Below, piece after piece: positions 28,248 through 37,441 of a stretch of 64,000 nucleotides of DNA. The DNA comes from a virus. The first letter of the stretch is position 1. Each line of letters opens with the position of its first letter. The notes beneath the pieces were generated by a model that did no database searches, was not told the DNA's origin, and saw only the letters and a list, made by a program, of their open reading frames with translations. A program made the translations under genes and the position numbers. The stretch is taken from the IMG/VR virus record IMGVR_UViG_3300037493_001906, positions 54,099 to 118,098 of that record; one strand, given 5' to 3'.

Positions 28248-29080
28248 TTTGTTTTAGTTATTGTGTCAGGATTATCCTGTATGTACTGAATCATGTTTAT
28301 TACTTCAGATTTAAGATAAGGCACTTCATAAGGAATTACAGTTTTTACAATAGGCTTATCATTAGCATCTTTACACAAGATAGGGTTTCCAAACTTATCT
28401 TCACCATCTTTTTCAAAGATTACATGATGTAAAGCCATTTTACCTGCTTTGTATCTAGGGTTATGTTTAAGGATCATGTACATGTAGGTAGACAACTGCA
28501 GTGCATAATGATTAAAATTGCAATCATCTAGATGTGTTATTGGACCACCCATCTTTTGACTTACTCCATCCCAATTCTTAAAGCTTTCTTTTTTGATTTC
28601 CTTATTAGTCTTATAGTCTATTATATCTACAGTATCTTTAATAACTTCTACTCTATCTGATTGACCACAAATGCCAGCAGATTTAAGATAAATAAAGTGC
28701 TCAGGATATATCCCTTCAGTAAGTCTCTGAATAGGAGAATGCTTTATACCATCTAAATAGATAGGTTTAATAATAGGAATAGGTCTTCCAGATCTGTCTA
28801 TTGTATCTACTTCAATAAGATCAGATTCTCTTTGGTCATGATAAAAAGTACCAGCAGTTACAGCTCTATCTGTTTCATGGGCCCAATGTCCTTGAATTTC
28901 TTCAGGGGTAAATCCATACCACTTAGACTTCTTATTCTTAGAACACTTTATAGATACAGCAATTGGATCAAATTTTTGTTTAAATAATCCTACAAACTTA
29001 GTTACACTAAGCCAATTAATTCTTTCATCAGGATCTAGACTCTGGTAAAGATGATTCTCTGGTTTGAATATCACTGTCAT
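28244..29080 (-). CDS. PD-(D/E)XK (Cas4-like) nuclease
   Basis: GTFYH...ICGQSDRV...IIDYKTNK...HYALQLSTY. Confidence 0.85.
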   Translation of the reverse strand: MTVIFKPENHLYQSLDPDERINWLSVTKFVGLFKQKFDPIAVSIKCSKNKKSKWYGFTPEEIQGHWAHETDRAVTAGTFYHDQRESDLIEVDTIDRSGRPIPIIKPIYLDGIKHSPIQRLTEGIYPEHFIYLKSAGICGQSDRVEVIKDTVDIIDYKTNKEIKKESFKNWDGVSQKMGGPITHLDDCNFNHYALQLSTYMYMILKHNPRYKAGKMALHHVIFEKDGEDKFGNPILCKDANDKPIVKTVIPYEVPYLKSEVINMIQYIQDNPDTITKTK

Positions 29081-29237
29081 TTTGAGTAATGTTTTGAGTT
29101 GATGTTGAGATATAAGTTTCAGGTGGTAAGCCTGTTAATTCACTGATTAATTGTTTACCAAGACATACAGTACAAGTAGTATTACAAAAACCAATAGTAC
29201 CAGAACCATTACAAATAGGACATTTTACATAGTTCAT
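29028..29237 (-). CDS. DnaJ-type zinc-finger micro-protein
   Basis: CPICNGSG...CTVCLGK. Confidence 0.55.
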   Translation of the reverse strand: MNYVKCPICNGSGTIGFCNTTCTVCLGKQLISELTGLPPETYISTSTQNITQNDSDIQTRESSLPESRS

Positions 29238-29569
29238 GACTTATCAGGATTATAGTTAATGTCTTTATAAAGTTTATCTTCTTCTTCTTGAGATACAATA
29301 GCTGGCCAACGTGATCCATCAGGATGAGCACATTCAGATCCTAATGATCTTGTTTTCCAAGCAAGTTTACAACCACATTCTCCACAACATGGCTGGGTTC
29401 CAGGTGCAAAACACTTACTGCCTTCCCTGTCAATTAAAGGACATGCTTCACATATTCTAAGTCTTGAAGCAGCTATTTTTTCAATCTCATCTTTAATAAA
29501 GATTGAGTTTAATACTCCTTCAAAAATAAGGTCTTTACTTTTCCAAATCTTTTTTAATTTATTTAGCAT
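29234..29569 (-). CDS. Zinc-binding hypothetical protein
   Basis: RLRICEACP...CCGECGC...KTRS...EC. Confidence 0.6.
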   Translation of the reverse strand: MLNKLKKIWKSKDLIFEGVLNSIFIKDEIEKIAASRLRICEACPLIDREGSKCFAPGTQPCCGECGCKLAWKTRSLGSECAHPDGSRWPAIVSQEEEDKLYKDINYNPDKS

Positions 29570-29945
29570 TTCTTTTTTCCTTTATTTTTGATTTTTTTTG
29601 TTGGTCTTCTTGTAACATACTCTGTAAATCTTGAAGTTGTTTAAGTCTATTTTCATTATCTTTTAAAATAGCAAACTTTTGAAAAGAGATTCTATCTCCA
29701 CTATCTATTATTTTTTTATATTTTTTAATAGTGTTTTCATATTCAAGCATTACTTCTGGTACCTTCCAAGGCTTTACTCTAAATGTACCAAGTCCATGAA
29801 CTATAATATTAGGACCTTCTGCATTACTTAATTTTTTTCTTATTTCTTTCCAGTAAAATGTGACAAACTCTTTAACTAGATTTGCACTTACCTCATTTTC
29901 ATCTGCTATTTCTGGAAATAAAAAACTATGCTTCGTGGGTATCAA
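29559..29945 (-). CDS. IHF/HU-like DNA-binding protein
   Basis: Helices then NIIVHGLGTFRV. Confidence 0.65.
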   Translation of the reverse strand: MIPTKHSFLFPEIADENEVSANLVKEFVTFYWKEIRKKLSNAEGPNIIVHGLGTFRVKPWKVPEVMLEYENTIKKYKKIIDSGDRISFQKFAILKDNENRLKQLQDLQSMLQEDQQKKSKIKEKRNAK

Positions 29946-30354
29946 GATGAATTATTTTAAAATTAAGTAAAATATTACCATTAGTTTGAATTTTTAAATC
30001 TGGATTAAGACTAATCTTTTTACGAGACTTACCACTCTTAACTAATAGCTTTTCTTTTTCTACTTTAATAAGTACATTTCTTATTGTTTGTGGAGATGAC
30101 TCTGGCCTTTTAGGCTGAGGCATTCCAGGTTCAGGTTTCCAGGTTTTAAGTTTTTCTTCTAATCTTTTATCTGCCATATCATGGCAAAAATCAGTTAGTT
30201 CATATTCTCCTGATTTACCTAAATGAGTTAAACAATCTAGATCCAACTCACTTAAAGTTATATTGTTTATATAACAATAACTAATGAGTTGGAATCTAAT
30301 AATATCATCTAAATCCATTTGAACCTGTTTATTTACAAGGTTTACTTTAGCCAT
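29926..30354 (-). CDS. Putative winged-helix DNA-binding protein
   Basis: LSELDLDCLT...SPQTIRNVLIKVEKEKLLVK. Confidence 0.45.
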   Translation of the reverse strand: MAKVNLVNKQVQMDLDDIIRFQLISYCYINNITLSELDLDCLTHLGKSGEYELTDFCHDMADKRLEEKLKTWKPEPGMPQPKRPESSPQTIRNVLIKVEKEKLLVKSGKSRKKISLNPDLKIQTNGNILLNFKIIHLDTHEA

Positions 30355-30376
30355 GTTGATATTGCTGACAGGTTAA

Positions 30377-30682
30377 TTATTCTGTTTTAAGTTTTCTAGG
30401 AGGATTGGATTTTTCTGGCTGAGGATTATGTACTGGTTCCTCTTCAGATTCTTCCTCCTCTTCTCTAGGACCTGCCATCATTTGGGCTATCCTAATTGTA
30501 TTCATTATCCTCTTAGCCCTTGCTTCTTCAATATCTGCTAATAGTTTTTCATACTCAGATTGTAGTTTTAAAGTACTAATCTGTTCTTTGTAATAAGCTA
30601 CTATATTCTTACGCATAGCTTCAATTTGTTCAGGAGTAAGCTGTTGTTGCTCCTGATTTTCTGTGTTGGTTGTGTCTGACAT
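30377..30682 (-). CDS. Coiled-coil hypothetical protein; likely start 30682 (MSDTTNT)
   Basis: Upstream extension overlaps the TATATTTG promoter element at 30711-30718. Confidence 0.6.
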   Translation of the reverse strand: MSDTTNTENQEQQQLTPEQIEAMRKNIVAYYKEQISTLKLQSEYEKLLADIEEARAKRIMNTIRIAQMMAGPREEEEESEEEPVHNPQPEKSNPPRKLKTE

Positions 30683-30764
30683 TTTATAAACTTTTAAAGT
30701 TAAACTACCACAAATATATAATAAAAGTTTAAACAAAAAAAATTTACCTAAATAAATTACAAAA

Positions 30765-30795
30765 AAAAGACTTTAGGAATTAGCTAAAGTCTTTT
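30765..30795 (-). terminator. Bidirectional-type intrinsic terminator
   Basis: AAAAGACTTTAG-7-nt loop-CTAAAGTCTTTT. Confidence 0.75.
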
Positions 30796-30815
30796 AGGGA
30801 GAAAAATATAATGGG

Positions 30816-31511
30816 TTATTTTAATAAATCCCATCCAGTAAATGGAGAAGCCCATCTTGATTTACCTGTATATCTATAGTAACCACTTACTCCAGCTATA
30901 AGCAATCCAGGATATACTGGAGCAATATAGTCAGTTTGATAACCAAGAGCTGCATCAGCAGGTACTTTAACTGAATTCCAAGCATCTGCATAAGTTGTTC
31001 CAGCAGCATATACACCTAGTAAACCACCTACAGCATTAAATAAATTTTGATTAGAAGAAAATACACCTATTCTTATTAAGCTTTCTGTTTGCTCATTTGT
31101 TGTATATGGAGGATTTCTTAAAAAAGCAACACCTACTGTAGCTGTAATATTATAAGCTCTACTTATTCCAGTTTGTAATTCATTCCACTCTTCTATTGTA
31201 GTAGCAGCAAATCCAGGAAGTACTTCATCATGTATACCTCTATCAGTTGCATATGCAGATAATTGCTGATTTGAAACATATACAGGAGGTGTATTTGCCA
31301 TATCACCATTCCATATATGATTGTTATTAGCAATAGCTAATTGTTTAGCATGTATGCTAGACAAAAAATCATGTGCATCTACAAGTGGATTTTTATATAA
31401 TGTTGCTTTTTTAGCAGGTAATCTAAATGTACTTTTTGTTGACCAGGATGTACCTGCCCAATTATTTGCAATTACACCAGCTGCTGGTACGAGTTTATCT
31501 TGAGCTCCCAT
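30816..31511 (-). CDS. Hypothetical protein (possibly fibre/receptor-associated)
   Basis: ORF track, 231 aa. Confidence 0.55.
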   Translation of the reverse strand: MGAQDKLVPAAGVIANNWAGTSWSTKSTFRLPAKKATLYKNPLVDAHDFLSSIHAKQLAIANNNHIWNGDMANTPPVYVSNQQLSAYATDRGIHDEVLPGFAATTIEEWNELQTGISRAYNITATVGVAFLRNPPYTTNEQTESLIRIGVFSSNQNLFNAVGGLLGVYAAGTTYADAWNSVKVPADAALGYQTDYIAPVYPGLLIAGVSGYYRYTGKSRWASPFTGWDLLK

Positions 31512-31517
31512 AATTAT

Positions 31518-31859
31518 TTAATTTTTTTTATTATTAATTGCTTCCATAACACCTGTTATTTTAGCTAAACATACTTTCATTTCTATTTGAGCATCTGCAA
31601 TTATATCTAATTTAGCCCATAGCTTTTCATTAGAGTCATGCTGCTCTTTTTTAATTTCATTTATTCTATTATAGATATTAGTCTCTTTTTTATCAACTTG
31701 TAATTTAAAGTCTTCAAGTTCTTCTTTATATTGTTTTGATATCATGATTGTTCTATCTACAGTTCTTTTAAGTGCATACCACATGAATAATGCTGAGCCA
31801 ATAATTGTAATTATTGAAATCATATTTCCAAAGGTAAATGTTAAGTGTTGTGCATCCAT
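31518..31859 (-). CDS. Membrane protein (1 TM + coiled coil), holin/antiholin-like
   Basis: Hydrophobic aa ~10-30 followed by heptads. Confidence 0.45.
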   Translation of the reverse strand: MDAQHLTFTFGNMISIITIIGSALFMWYALKRTVDRTIMISKQYKEELEDFKLQVDKKETNIYNRINEIKKEQHDSNEKLWAKLDIIADAQIEMKVCLAKITGVMEAINNKKN

Positions 31860-31891
31860 ACTCTATTTATACTCTTATACTTTTTTATAAA

Positions 31892-31978
31892 TTAAAAAAT
31901 TTCTCTCCATTGCATTGAAGCTCCTACAGTTGTTGTAGTAGTTCCTGCAAAAAATACTCTTTTATATACGTTACTCAT
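31892..31978 (-). CDS. 28-aa micro-ORF, possibly a relict C-terminus of the upstream tail protein
   Basis: MSNVYKRVFFAGTTTTTVGASMQWREIF*. Confidence 0.35.
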   Translation of the reverse strand: MSNVYKRVFFAGTTTTTVGASMQWREIF

Positions 31979-31982
31979 AATA

Positions 31983-33299
31983 TTATTGTGTTAAATCGTA
32001 AAATGTTAATAATGCAATTCCACCACCTGTTGCAGTAATAGTTCTAGCACATAAACTATAAACATCACTAATCCCTGTAAGTGAAGCACCTATTTGTAAA
32101 TCCCAGTTAAAAGCCATACCAGCACCAGATAAAGCACTTCTTCCTGATTTAGAAGTTATAAGTTCACTATATACAACAGTACCACTAGAAATAGAAGTAG
32201 AACTAATATCAAATTCAACATTAGTATCTGATGATACTGCTGAATAAGAAGCACCTGTTAAAGTACCATTTTTAATTAAAGCTATTTGATAGTTGTCAGT
32301 GGTTGTTGGTAAGAAGTTTACGTTGTAAGGAAGAACAACCGCTCCTAATGAAGTTGATGCAAGTCTAATAGAAACTAATGGTTTATATGTAGTTGTAATA
32401 AAAGTACCTGATGTAGAAGTAGTCATAGTTGCAACGTGTTCTATAGAAGTCTGTTCTAGTCCTCCTTCAGACATTACCGAGGAACAAATTTGTTTTAGAT
32501 TAGAAGTACCTGAAGTTGTTCCTGTATTAGTTATCTCATATCTAATAGGTAAAATTGCTGTTGTCATATAAACAGAATTTCCATATACGTTTGCTGTATT
32601 ATAAGTATGACAAACTATGTATTGTCCATTAATAATAAATCCACATCTAACAGATCCAACACCTAACCATTCAAAATCCATCCATAGAATTTGAGGATGA
32701 GTTAAATCTAATGTAAGTCCACTAGCACCAGTTCCATCTAATTTATCCCCGTTCCACGATGATTGATCAACTTTTCTTGTTGTATCATCAACAGAACCAC
32801 CAATATAAGTTCTTAATACAAATGAATTAGTAGTATTATTTACTTGAAAATAAATTCCATTTTGAGTGCTAAAATAACCTATACGTTGTCTTAAATTTGT
32901 TTTTGCAGTTGCAGCTTGAAATGTAGCAAGAACTAATAAACTTTTACCAGGTTGATAAGTCATTGATCTAAAAGATTGTCTAACTACTTCAGCACCTGAT
33001 GTTGTATTAACAGTCATTTGAACTGTAGCTTCATTAGCTAAATAACTAGTAGATCCACCTGATACAATTGAAGTATCAAATTGATTATCAGCTGCGTATC
33101 TATTTTGAGAATCAAATAATGTATAAGGTTGAGATACTCTTAATCTTCCAAATGCATCTGCTGCCATAGGTCCTACAGGTTGCATTGCAGCACCTGTAGC
33201 CAGGGTAGCATCAATGCTACCAAGAAGCTGCAATGATGCAAGTTGGTAAGGAAAATTATTTCCTTTATTACCCTGATCTCTAAGATTACCTATACTCAT
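31983..33299 (-). CDS. Tail fibre/receptor-binding protein (beta-sandwich, lectin-like)
   Basis: DAFGRLRVSQPYTLFDSQNRY...WMDFEWLGVGSVRCGF; Thr/Ser-rich. Confidence 0.65.
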   Translation of the reverse strand: MSIGNLRDQGNKGNNFPYQLASLQLLGSIDATLATGAAMQPVGPMAADAFGRLRVSQPYTLFDSQNRYAADNQFDTSIVSGGSTSYLANEATVQMTVNTTSGAEVVRQSFRSMTYQPGKSLLVLATFQAATAKTNLRQRIGYFSTQNGIYFQVNNTTNSFVLRTYIGGSVDDTTRKVDQSSWNGDKLDGTGASGLTLDLTHPQILWMDFEWLGVGSVRCGFIINGQYIVCHTYNTANVYGNSVYMTTAILPIRYEITNTGTTSGTSNLKQICSSVMSEGGLEQTSIEHVATMTTSTSGTFITTTYKPLVSIRLASTSLGAVVLPYNVNFLPTTTDNYQIALIKNGTLTGASYSAVSSDTNVEFDISSTSISSGTVVYSELITSKSGRSALSGAGMAFNWDLQIGASLTGISDVYSLCARTITATGGGIALLTFYDLTQ

Positions 33300-33364
33300 T
33301 GGATGTAAGATTTTAACCTATATTGTATAATATAAGAATTTTTTTTACAATAACAAAAACTTTT

Positions 33365-33628
33365 TTAACTTACTGTAGCTAAAGTTAAGAATGCACTGTA
33401 GTTATTTGCTGTACTATTATATACTATGCTTTTTGATACAAGAAACAAAGAAGGATAGGCTGTATATACAGCATTAATAGATGTTAATAATGCAGCTGTT
33501 GTAGCTTGAGTTACAACAATTTCTTGTAGATTAGATCCAAGTTCTTTACCTGCTAATTTTAATGCTTTAAGTTGAAAAGGAAAGTTATTTCCTTTGTTTC
33601 CTTGGTCTTTTAAATTGCCTACTGACAT
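33365..33628 (-). CDS. Small virion protein sharing its N-terminal module with 31983-33299
   Basis: MSVGNLKDQGNKGNNFPFQL versus MSIGNLRDQGNKGNNFPYQL. Confidence 0.6.
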   Translation of the reverse strand: MSVGNLKDQGNKGNNFPFQLKALKLAGKELGSNLQEIVVTQATTAALLTSINAVYTAYPSLFLVSKSIVYNSTANNYSAFLTLATVS

Positions 33629-33636
33629 AATTTTAA

Positions 33637-33933
33637 TTATTTAGATTCGTTGTATTTATAATTTATTTGAGCTCTTAGATCTTCTATAAATCTATCTCTT
33701 TGTTCTAATAAGTATTTTTCTCTAGATAAAAGTCTTTCTCTTTCGCCATCTGTAAGGTTAAGAATAAGGTCTTCTTTTTGCTTTATCATAGACTTATATT
33801 CTTCCATCTGATTGGTAAACAGCACATTCTGGTAGTACATTATACCTACTAGAATTATAATGGTAAAAGATTGTTCTTTTAATTTAGATAAAAATGTATC
33901 TGCATAGCCAGATTTAGTTTCTTCTTGTTCCAT
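33637..33933 (-). CDS. Holin-like membrane protein
   Basis: 1 TM plus coiled coil; directly after the endolysin (TAATG). Confidence 0.45.
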   Translation of the reverse strand: MEQEETKSGYADTFLSKLKEQSFTIIILVGIMYYQNVLFTNQMEEYKSMIKQKEDLILNLTDGERERLLSREKYLLEQRDRFIEDLRAQINYKYNESK

Positions 33934-34550
33934 TAAACAGGCTTTATATAAGAGTAATATTTCTTAGTTTTTTCTATTCTGTCTTCTAGACCATGTGTAC
34001 CACCATTTACTCTTTTAGTTAGTTCTGTTATAGCAGCATCATTAACTCCTTTATCACAAATAGCCCATAGTTTGTTGCTATCAAAGAAAAACATTGCTGA
34101 TTCAAATGCATATAGATCTGCTACTAAGTCTGGAGTAACTAGGATTTCTGGCTTACTTAGATGTTTTGATAGAGCAGTGTAGTTGTCTTTACCTGTGGTT
34201 TGAAGAGCACCTCTACCTTTAAACTTCCATCCATCTCCTGATGCTTCATTGCCATTCCCCATTCTACTAGCATAAACTCTATTAGCAATTTTTTCAGGAT
34301 TTTTAGCATATAAGTCTGCCATATTACCTGGAAAGTATTTAGGAAATATCTTCTTTAAACCATCAGCAGAGTAGTTTAAGTTTTCTGTAAAGATTTTAAA
34401 GCCTCCTGTTTCATGGGAGGTTTGTCCAAAGAAGTGAGCTGCTCTTTCTGGTGTAAGTTTAAAGAATGCCATAGCAGCCTTAAAAGTTCCAGGACCAAAG
34501 GCTCCGTCAGCAGTAACTCCTATTTTAGCTTGTAGACTTTTAAGACTCAT
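33933..34550 (-). CDS. Endolysin, glycoside hydrolase family 19 with N-terminal PG-binding segment
   Basis: LQAKIGVTADGAFGPGT; AHFFGQTSHETGGF; FKGRGALQTTGKDNY; TKRVNGG. Confidence 0.9.
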   Translation of the reverse strand: MSLKSLQAKIGVTADGAFGPGTFKAAMAFFKLTPERAAHFFGQTSHETGGFKIFTENLNYSADGLKKIFPKYFPGNMADLYAKNPEKIANRVYASRMGNGNEASGDGWKFKGRGALQTTGKDNYTALSKHLSKPEILVTPDLVADLYAFESAMFFFDSNKLWAICDKGVNDAAITELTKRVNGGTHGLEDRIEKTKKYYSYIKPV

Positions 34551-34659
34551 TTTCTTTTAATTTTTTTAAAACAGCATTGTTACTTTCTATTAACCTTTGA
34601 GTTTTAAGAATATTTTTCCTACTACTTTTATATTGAGATTGTGTTTTTTTATGGCCCAT
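34540..34659 (-). CDS. 39-aa basic micro-protein
   Basis: MGHKKTQSQYKSSRKNILKTQRLIESNNAVLKKLKENES*. Confidence 0.5.
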   Translation of the reverse strand: MGHKKTQSQYKSSRKNILKTQRLIESNNAVLKKLKENES

Positions 34660-34705
34660 GATAAGTTTTATTATAATATACAATAAAATCTTACATATGT
34701 TACAA

Positions 34706-34924
34706 CTAATCTTTATTTTCTACCATTGTTAATTTAGCTAACTTATCAGCTTTTACAAATGCCTGAACCTCAGATAAATGTACATAGCATTCTTTACACA
34801 AAGAACACTTTTGTTGTCTTAAGAATTTTTCCTTAACAACAGCAGGAGTTATTTCCCAAATGTTTAAAAGATGTTTATAAAAAGATTCATTTGATTTATC
34901 ATCTAGATTAAAAGAAGTTTCCAT
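34706..34924 (-). CDS. Hypothetical protein
   Basis: ORF track. Confidence 0.45.
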   Translation of the reverse strand: METSFNLDDKSNESFYKHLLNIWEITPAVVKEKFLRQQKCSLCKECYVHLSEVQAFVKADKLAKLTMVENKD

Positions 34925-34951
34925 AGAGAGTATATTAGACTACAAATAAAC

Positions 34952-34982
34952 AAAAATCCCCAGGGATTTCCTAGGGACTTTT
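34952..34982 (-). terminator. Intrinsic terminator
   Basis: AGTCCCTAGG-AAATC-CCTGGGGATT-TTT. Confidence 0.7.
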
Positions 34983-35021
34983 GTAAAAACAACAGATAAC
35001 AAAATGAATAATACAAATATA

Positions 35022-35225
35022 CTATGCATTATTTAATTCTGCAATAATTTCATCAGCTGTCAGCAATAATTTTCCATTGATTACTGTATGGTTTCCTACA
35101 AGTGCAATTACTTGTCCACCCATAAATACATGCACACACATATCATCTATCTTTTCCACCTGTTCATATGGATAATTAATACCATTAAAGGTGATTATAG
35201 AGTTGTTATAAATTAAGTTATCCAT
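35022..35225 (-). CDS. Small protein after the tail fibre (chaperone-like?)
   Basis: TAATG coupling. Confidence 0.5.
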   Translation of the reverse strand: MDNLIYNNSIITFNGINYPYEQVEKIDDMCVHVFMGGQVIALVGNHTVINGKLLLTADEIIAELNNA

Positions 35226-37090
35226 TATTCTATAAATCTTATATCATACATTGAAGCTGTTGTAGTATCTCCTATATTTGCATTTTGAATAGCAAAAACA
35301 AAATATTTGTCTGTTGTCCAATCAATGTTTAATGCAGAAGCAGCAACTACTCCATTAAGCATATCACTTGCAGCTGATGTTGAAGCAGGATACATTTCAG
35401 TATTTGTGACAGTTTTAATAATTATCTCACGTGTCATCTGAGCAACTAGCGTACCTGCTGCTGTTGAGTTTGTAGCAATCAAAGTTGCTCCTGCTATAGC
35501 AGCAGAAGTATTTACATATATCCTCAAAGTTGTTATGCCAGCAGTTCCAACTTTCCTTGCTTTATATATTATTGAAACAATGTCACCAACAGCAAATGTT
35601 CCACCAGTAATTAGTCTTGAATAAACTAATGTATTTGCTGTGCTTCCTGTTATAGCTGTAGCATTGTTTACTTCTCTATAAACCTTACCTGCTATCTTAG
35701 CATTCCAAGTAGCAGCAGATGCTATTCTAGAATCAGCAAGAGTTCCTGTCCATCCTAATGTTAAGCTTACTGCTTGTAACAAAGATGTATTAGGAGTTCC
35801 ACCAAGAGTCAAAGTTACGTTTGTATCATTTGTTTTTGTTAAAGCAGAAGGACTAATACTAGGAAATATAGGAAAGGCTTGCCAAGTTTTATCACCCCTA
35901 TAATAATCAGTAATAGTTCCAGGTGCTACTGCTGGTTCTTTACTATTAAAGTTAGTCCAATCAGCAGATGATAATGCACCTCTATTAGTAGCAGATGCAG
36001 TAGGTATATTAAAGGTATGGGTACTAGTAGCTGAACTAATATTAAAATCAGTTCCAGAAGTTCCAGTAGCAAGTGTTTGAGTAACTGCAGTAAGTGCATT
36101 GAGTGAAGTAATACCTGATCCACCTATTTCTACCCAGGTTAAATTAGTAATACCTATAGTAATAGGAACTGTAGCAGGAGTTAAATGCCAAATAGAATTA
36201 GCAAGGGTACTTCCATAGATAATAGAAAGGGTAGCTTCAAGTAATAAACTAGGCGTGTTAGCATCTACAGTCCTTGTCAATATATAAGGAGTAAATGCAT
36301 CTCCTACTTGAGTCAACTTATATATACCATTATTGGGAAGGTTGACACCAATCTCATCCTTAACAAGTACTCTTTCATTTAGTAATGCAGTATGGTTGTC
36401 TGTAGTAGCAGATGGTATAGCACCATTCACAGAACCAGTAAGAATCTGTCCACTTCCTGTAACTCCATAAGCTGGGAGTGCAGTAACAGTACCAACATGT
36501 GCTGCCTCTTTCCAATCTATACCATTAATAAGATTATCAATATACTGTTTAGTTGCAGCTTGTAGATTAGTTGTGGGATCTGCATTCAATATAAGATCCC
36601 CAGTCATAGTTCCTCCTGATAACTCAAGGTATCTTGCATCAAAAGTAGGATAACCATTAGCCCAAACAACAGAAGGATTAGGATATGTCCCTGATAAATC
36701 TCCCCCTGCTGGCCCAGCTGCACCACTAAATGTTCCTACAAAAGTCTCTGGCTCCCAACTTAATTCTGTAGTAGAAGTAGCTGATCCTAAAACCTGTATA
36801 ACAAAAGTACCTACAGGAACTATATCAGTAATACCTGCAGGGTTGGTAGGATCAGCATAATATTTATTACCTATTGTTAACCCACTAAGTTGATCATTAA
36901 CAGCATCAAAATATACAGTGGCTGGAGCACCTGCTAAATAACTAAGCTTAACAAACCCCCCATAACAAGCATATGGATTAATTATCCCCTTAGTAAATAC
37001 TAACTCATTATAATTTGAGGGGTTCCTAATTAAAGTAACAAAATCTCCTGCTGTGAGATTAACATATGCATTAAATACCTGAGTAACCAT
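35225..37090 (-). CDS. Long tail fibre; likely start 37090 (MVTQVF)
   Basis: GGDLSGTYPNP, LSGGTMTGDLIL..DP...AATKQYID and GALSSADWTNFNSK fibre motifs; TATATTA element just upstream of 37090. Confidence 0.75.
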   Translation of the reverse strand: MVTQVFNAYVNLTAGDFVTLIRNPSNYNELVFTKGIINPYACYGGFVKLSYLAGAPATVYFDAVNDQLSGLTIGNKYYADPTNPAGITDIVPVGTFVIQVLGSATSTTELSWEPETFVGTFSGAAGPAGGDLSGTYPNPSVVWANGYPTFDARYLELSGGTMTGDLILNADPTTNLQAATKQYIDNLINGIDWKEAAHVGTVTALPAYGVTGSGQILTGSVNGAIPSATTDNHTALLNERVLVKDEIGVNLPNNGIYKLTQVGDAFTPYILTRTVDANTPSLLLEATLSIIYGSTLANSIWHLTPATVPITIGITNLTWVEIGGSGITSLNALTAVTQTLATGTSGTDFNISSATSTHTFNIPTASATNRGALSSADWTNFNSKEPAVAPGTITDYYRGDKTWQAFPIFPSISPSALTKTNDTNVTLTLGGTPNTSLLQAVSLTLGWTGTLADSRIASAATWNAKIAGKVYREVNNATAITGSTANTLVYSRLITGGTFAVGDIVSIIYKARKVGTAGITTLRIYVNTSAAIAGATLIATNSTAAGTLVAQMTREIIIKTVTNTEMYPASTSAASDMLNGVVAASALNIDWTTDKYFVFAIQNANIGDTTTASMYDIRFIE

Positions 37091-37204
37091 ATCTCTAATA
37101 TACAAATTTCTACAACAATAACAAAGCTTGGGACACACTTTTAACCAGCATGGTATACTGGTACTTTTTATATAAGAGATAGAGTTAGGTGCTACTACCA
37201 CAGA

Positions 37205-37239
37205 CCCCCCTCCCCTCTTTGGAAAACCCCCCTACCCCC
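37205..37239 (-). other. Four G-tracts (G-quadruplex-capable) at the strand switch
   Basis: Minus strand G5-TA-G6-N11-G4-A-G6. Confidence 0.65.
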
Positions 37240-37441
37240 TACCTTTAGCCACACCTGAAGTCAAATTAGCTAGGGCTAGACAAAAAGCATTCTTTCTAGA
37301 GAAACATCATAGTCATGATGACAAGACAGGAAGACAACAAGAAAAAACACTTCAACATCTAAACTTTTTAAAAAACACTTCTTCCATACACTAACTTATT
37401 TTGTATTATAATTTAGTAATACATTTAAAAACCTTATCATT

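Noticed and set aside
4575-35926. Overlapping or antisense ORF-track entries starting at 4575, 10190, 10481, 12664, 18733, 19193, 19216, 19854, 22968, 23461, 28232, 31321 and 35926
   Set aside because: They lie within or opposite well-supported genes and read as shadow frames (Leu/Phe/Ile-rich, no motifs or start context).
37091-37201. N-terminal extension of the tail fibre (MVVAPNS...CYCCRN)
   Set aside because: It runs through the promoter-like element and the G-tract flank; the ATG at 37090 has the better context.
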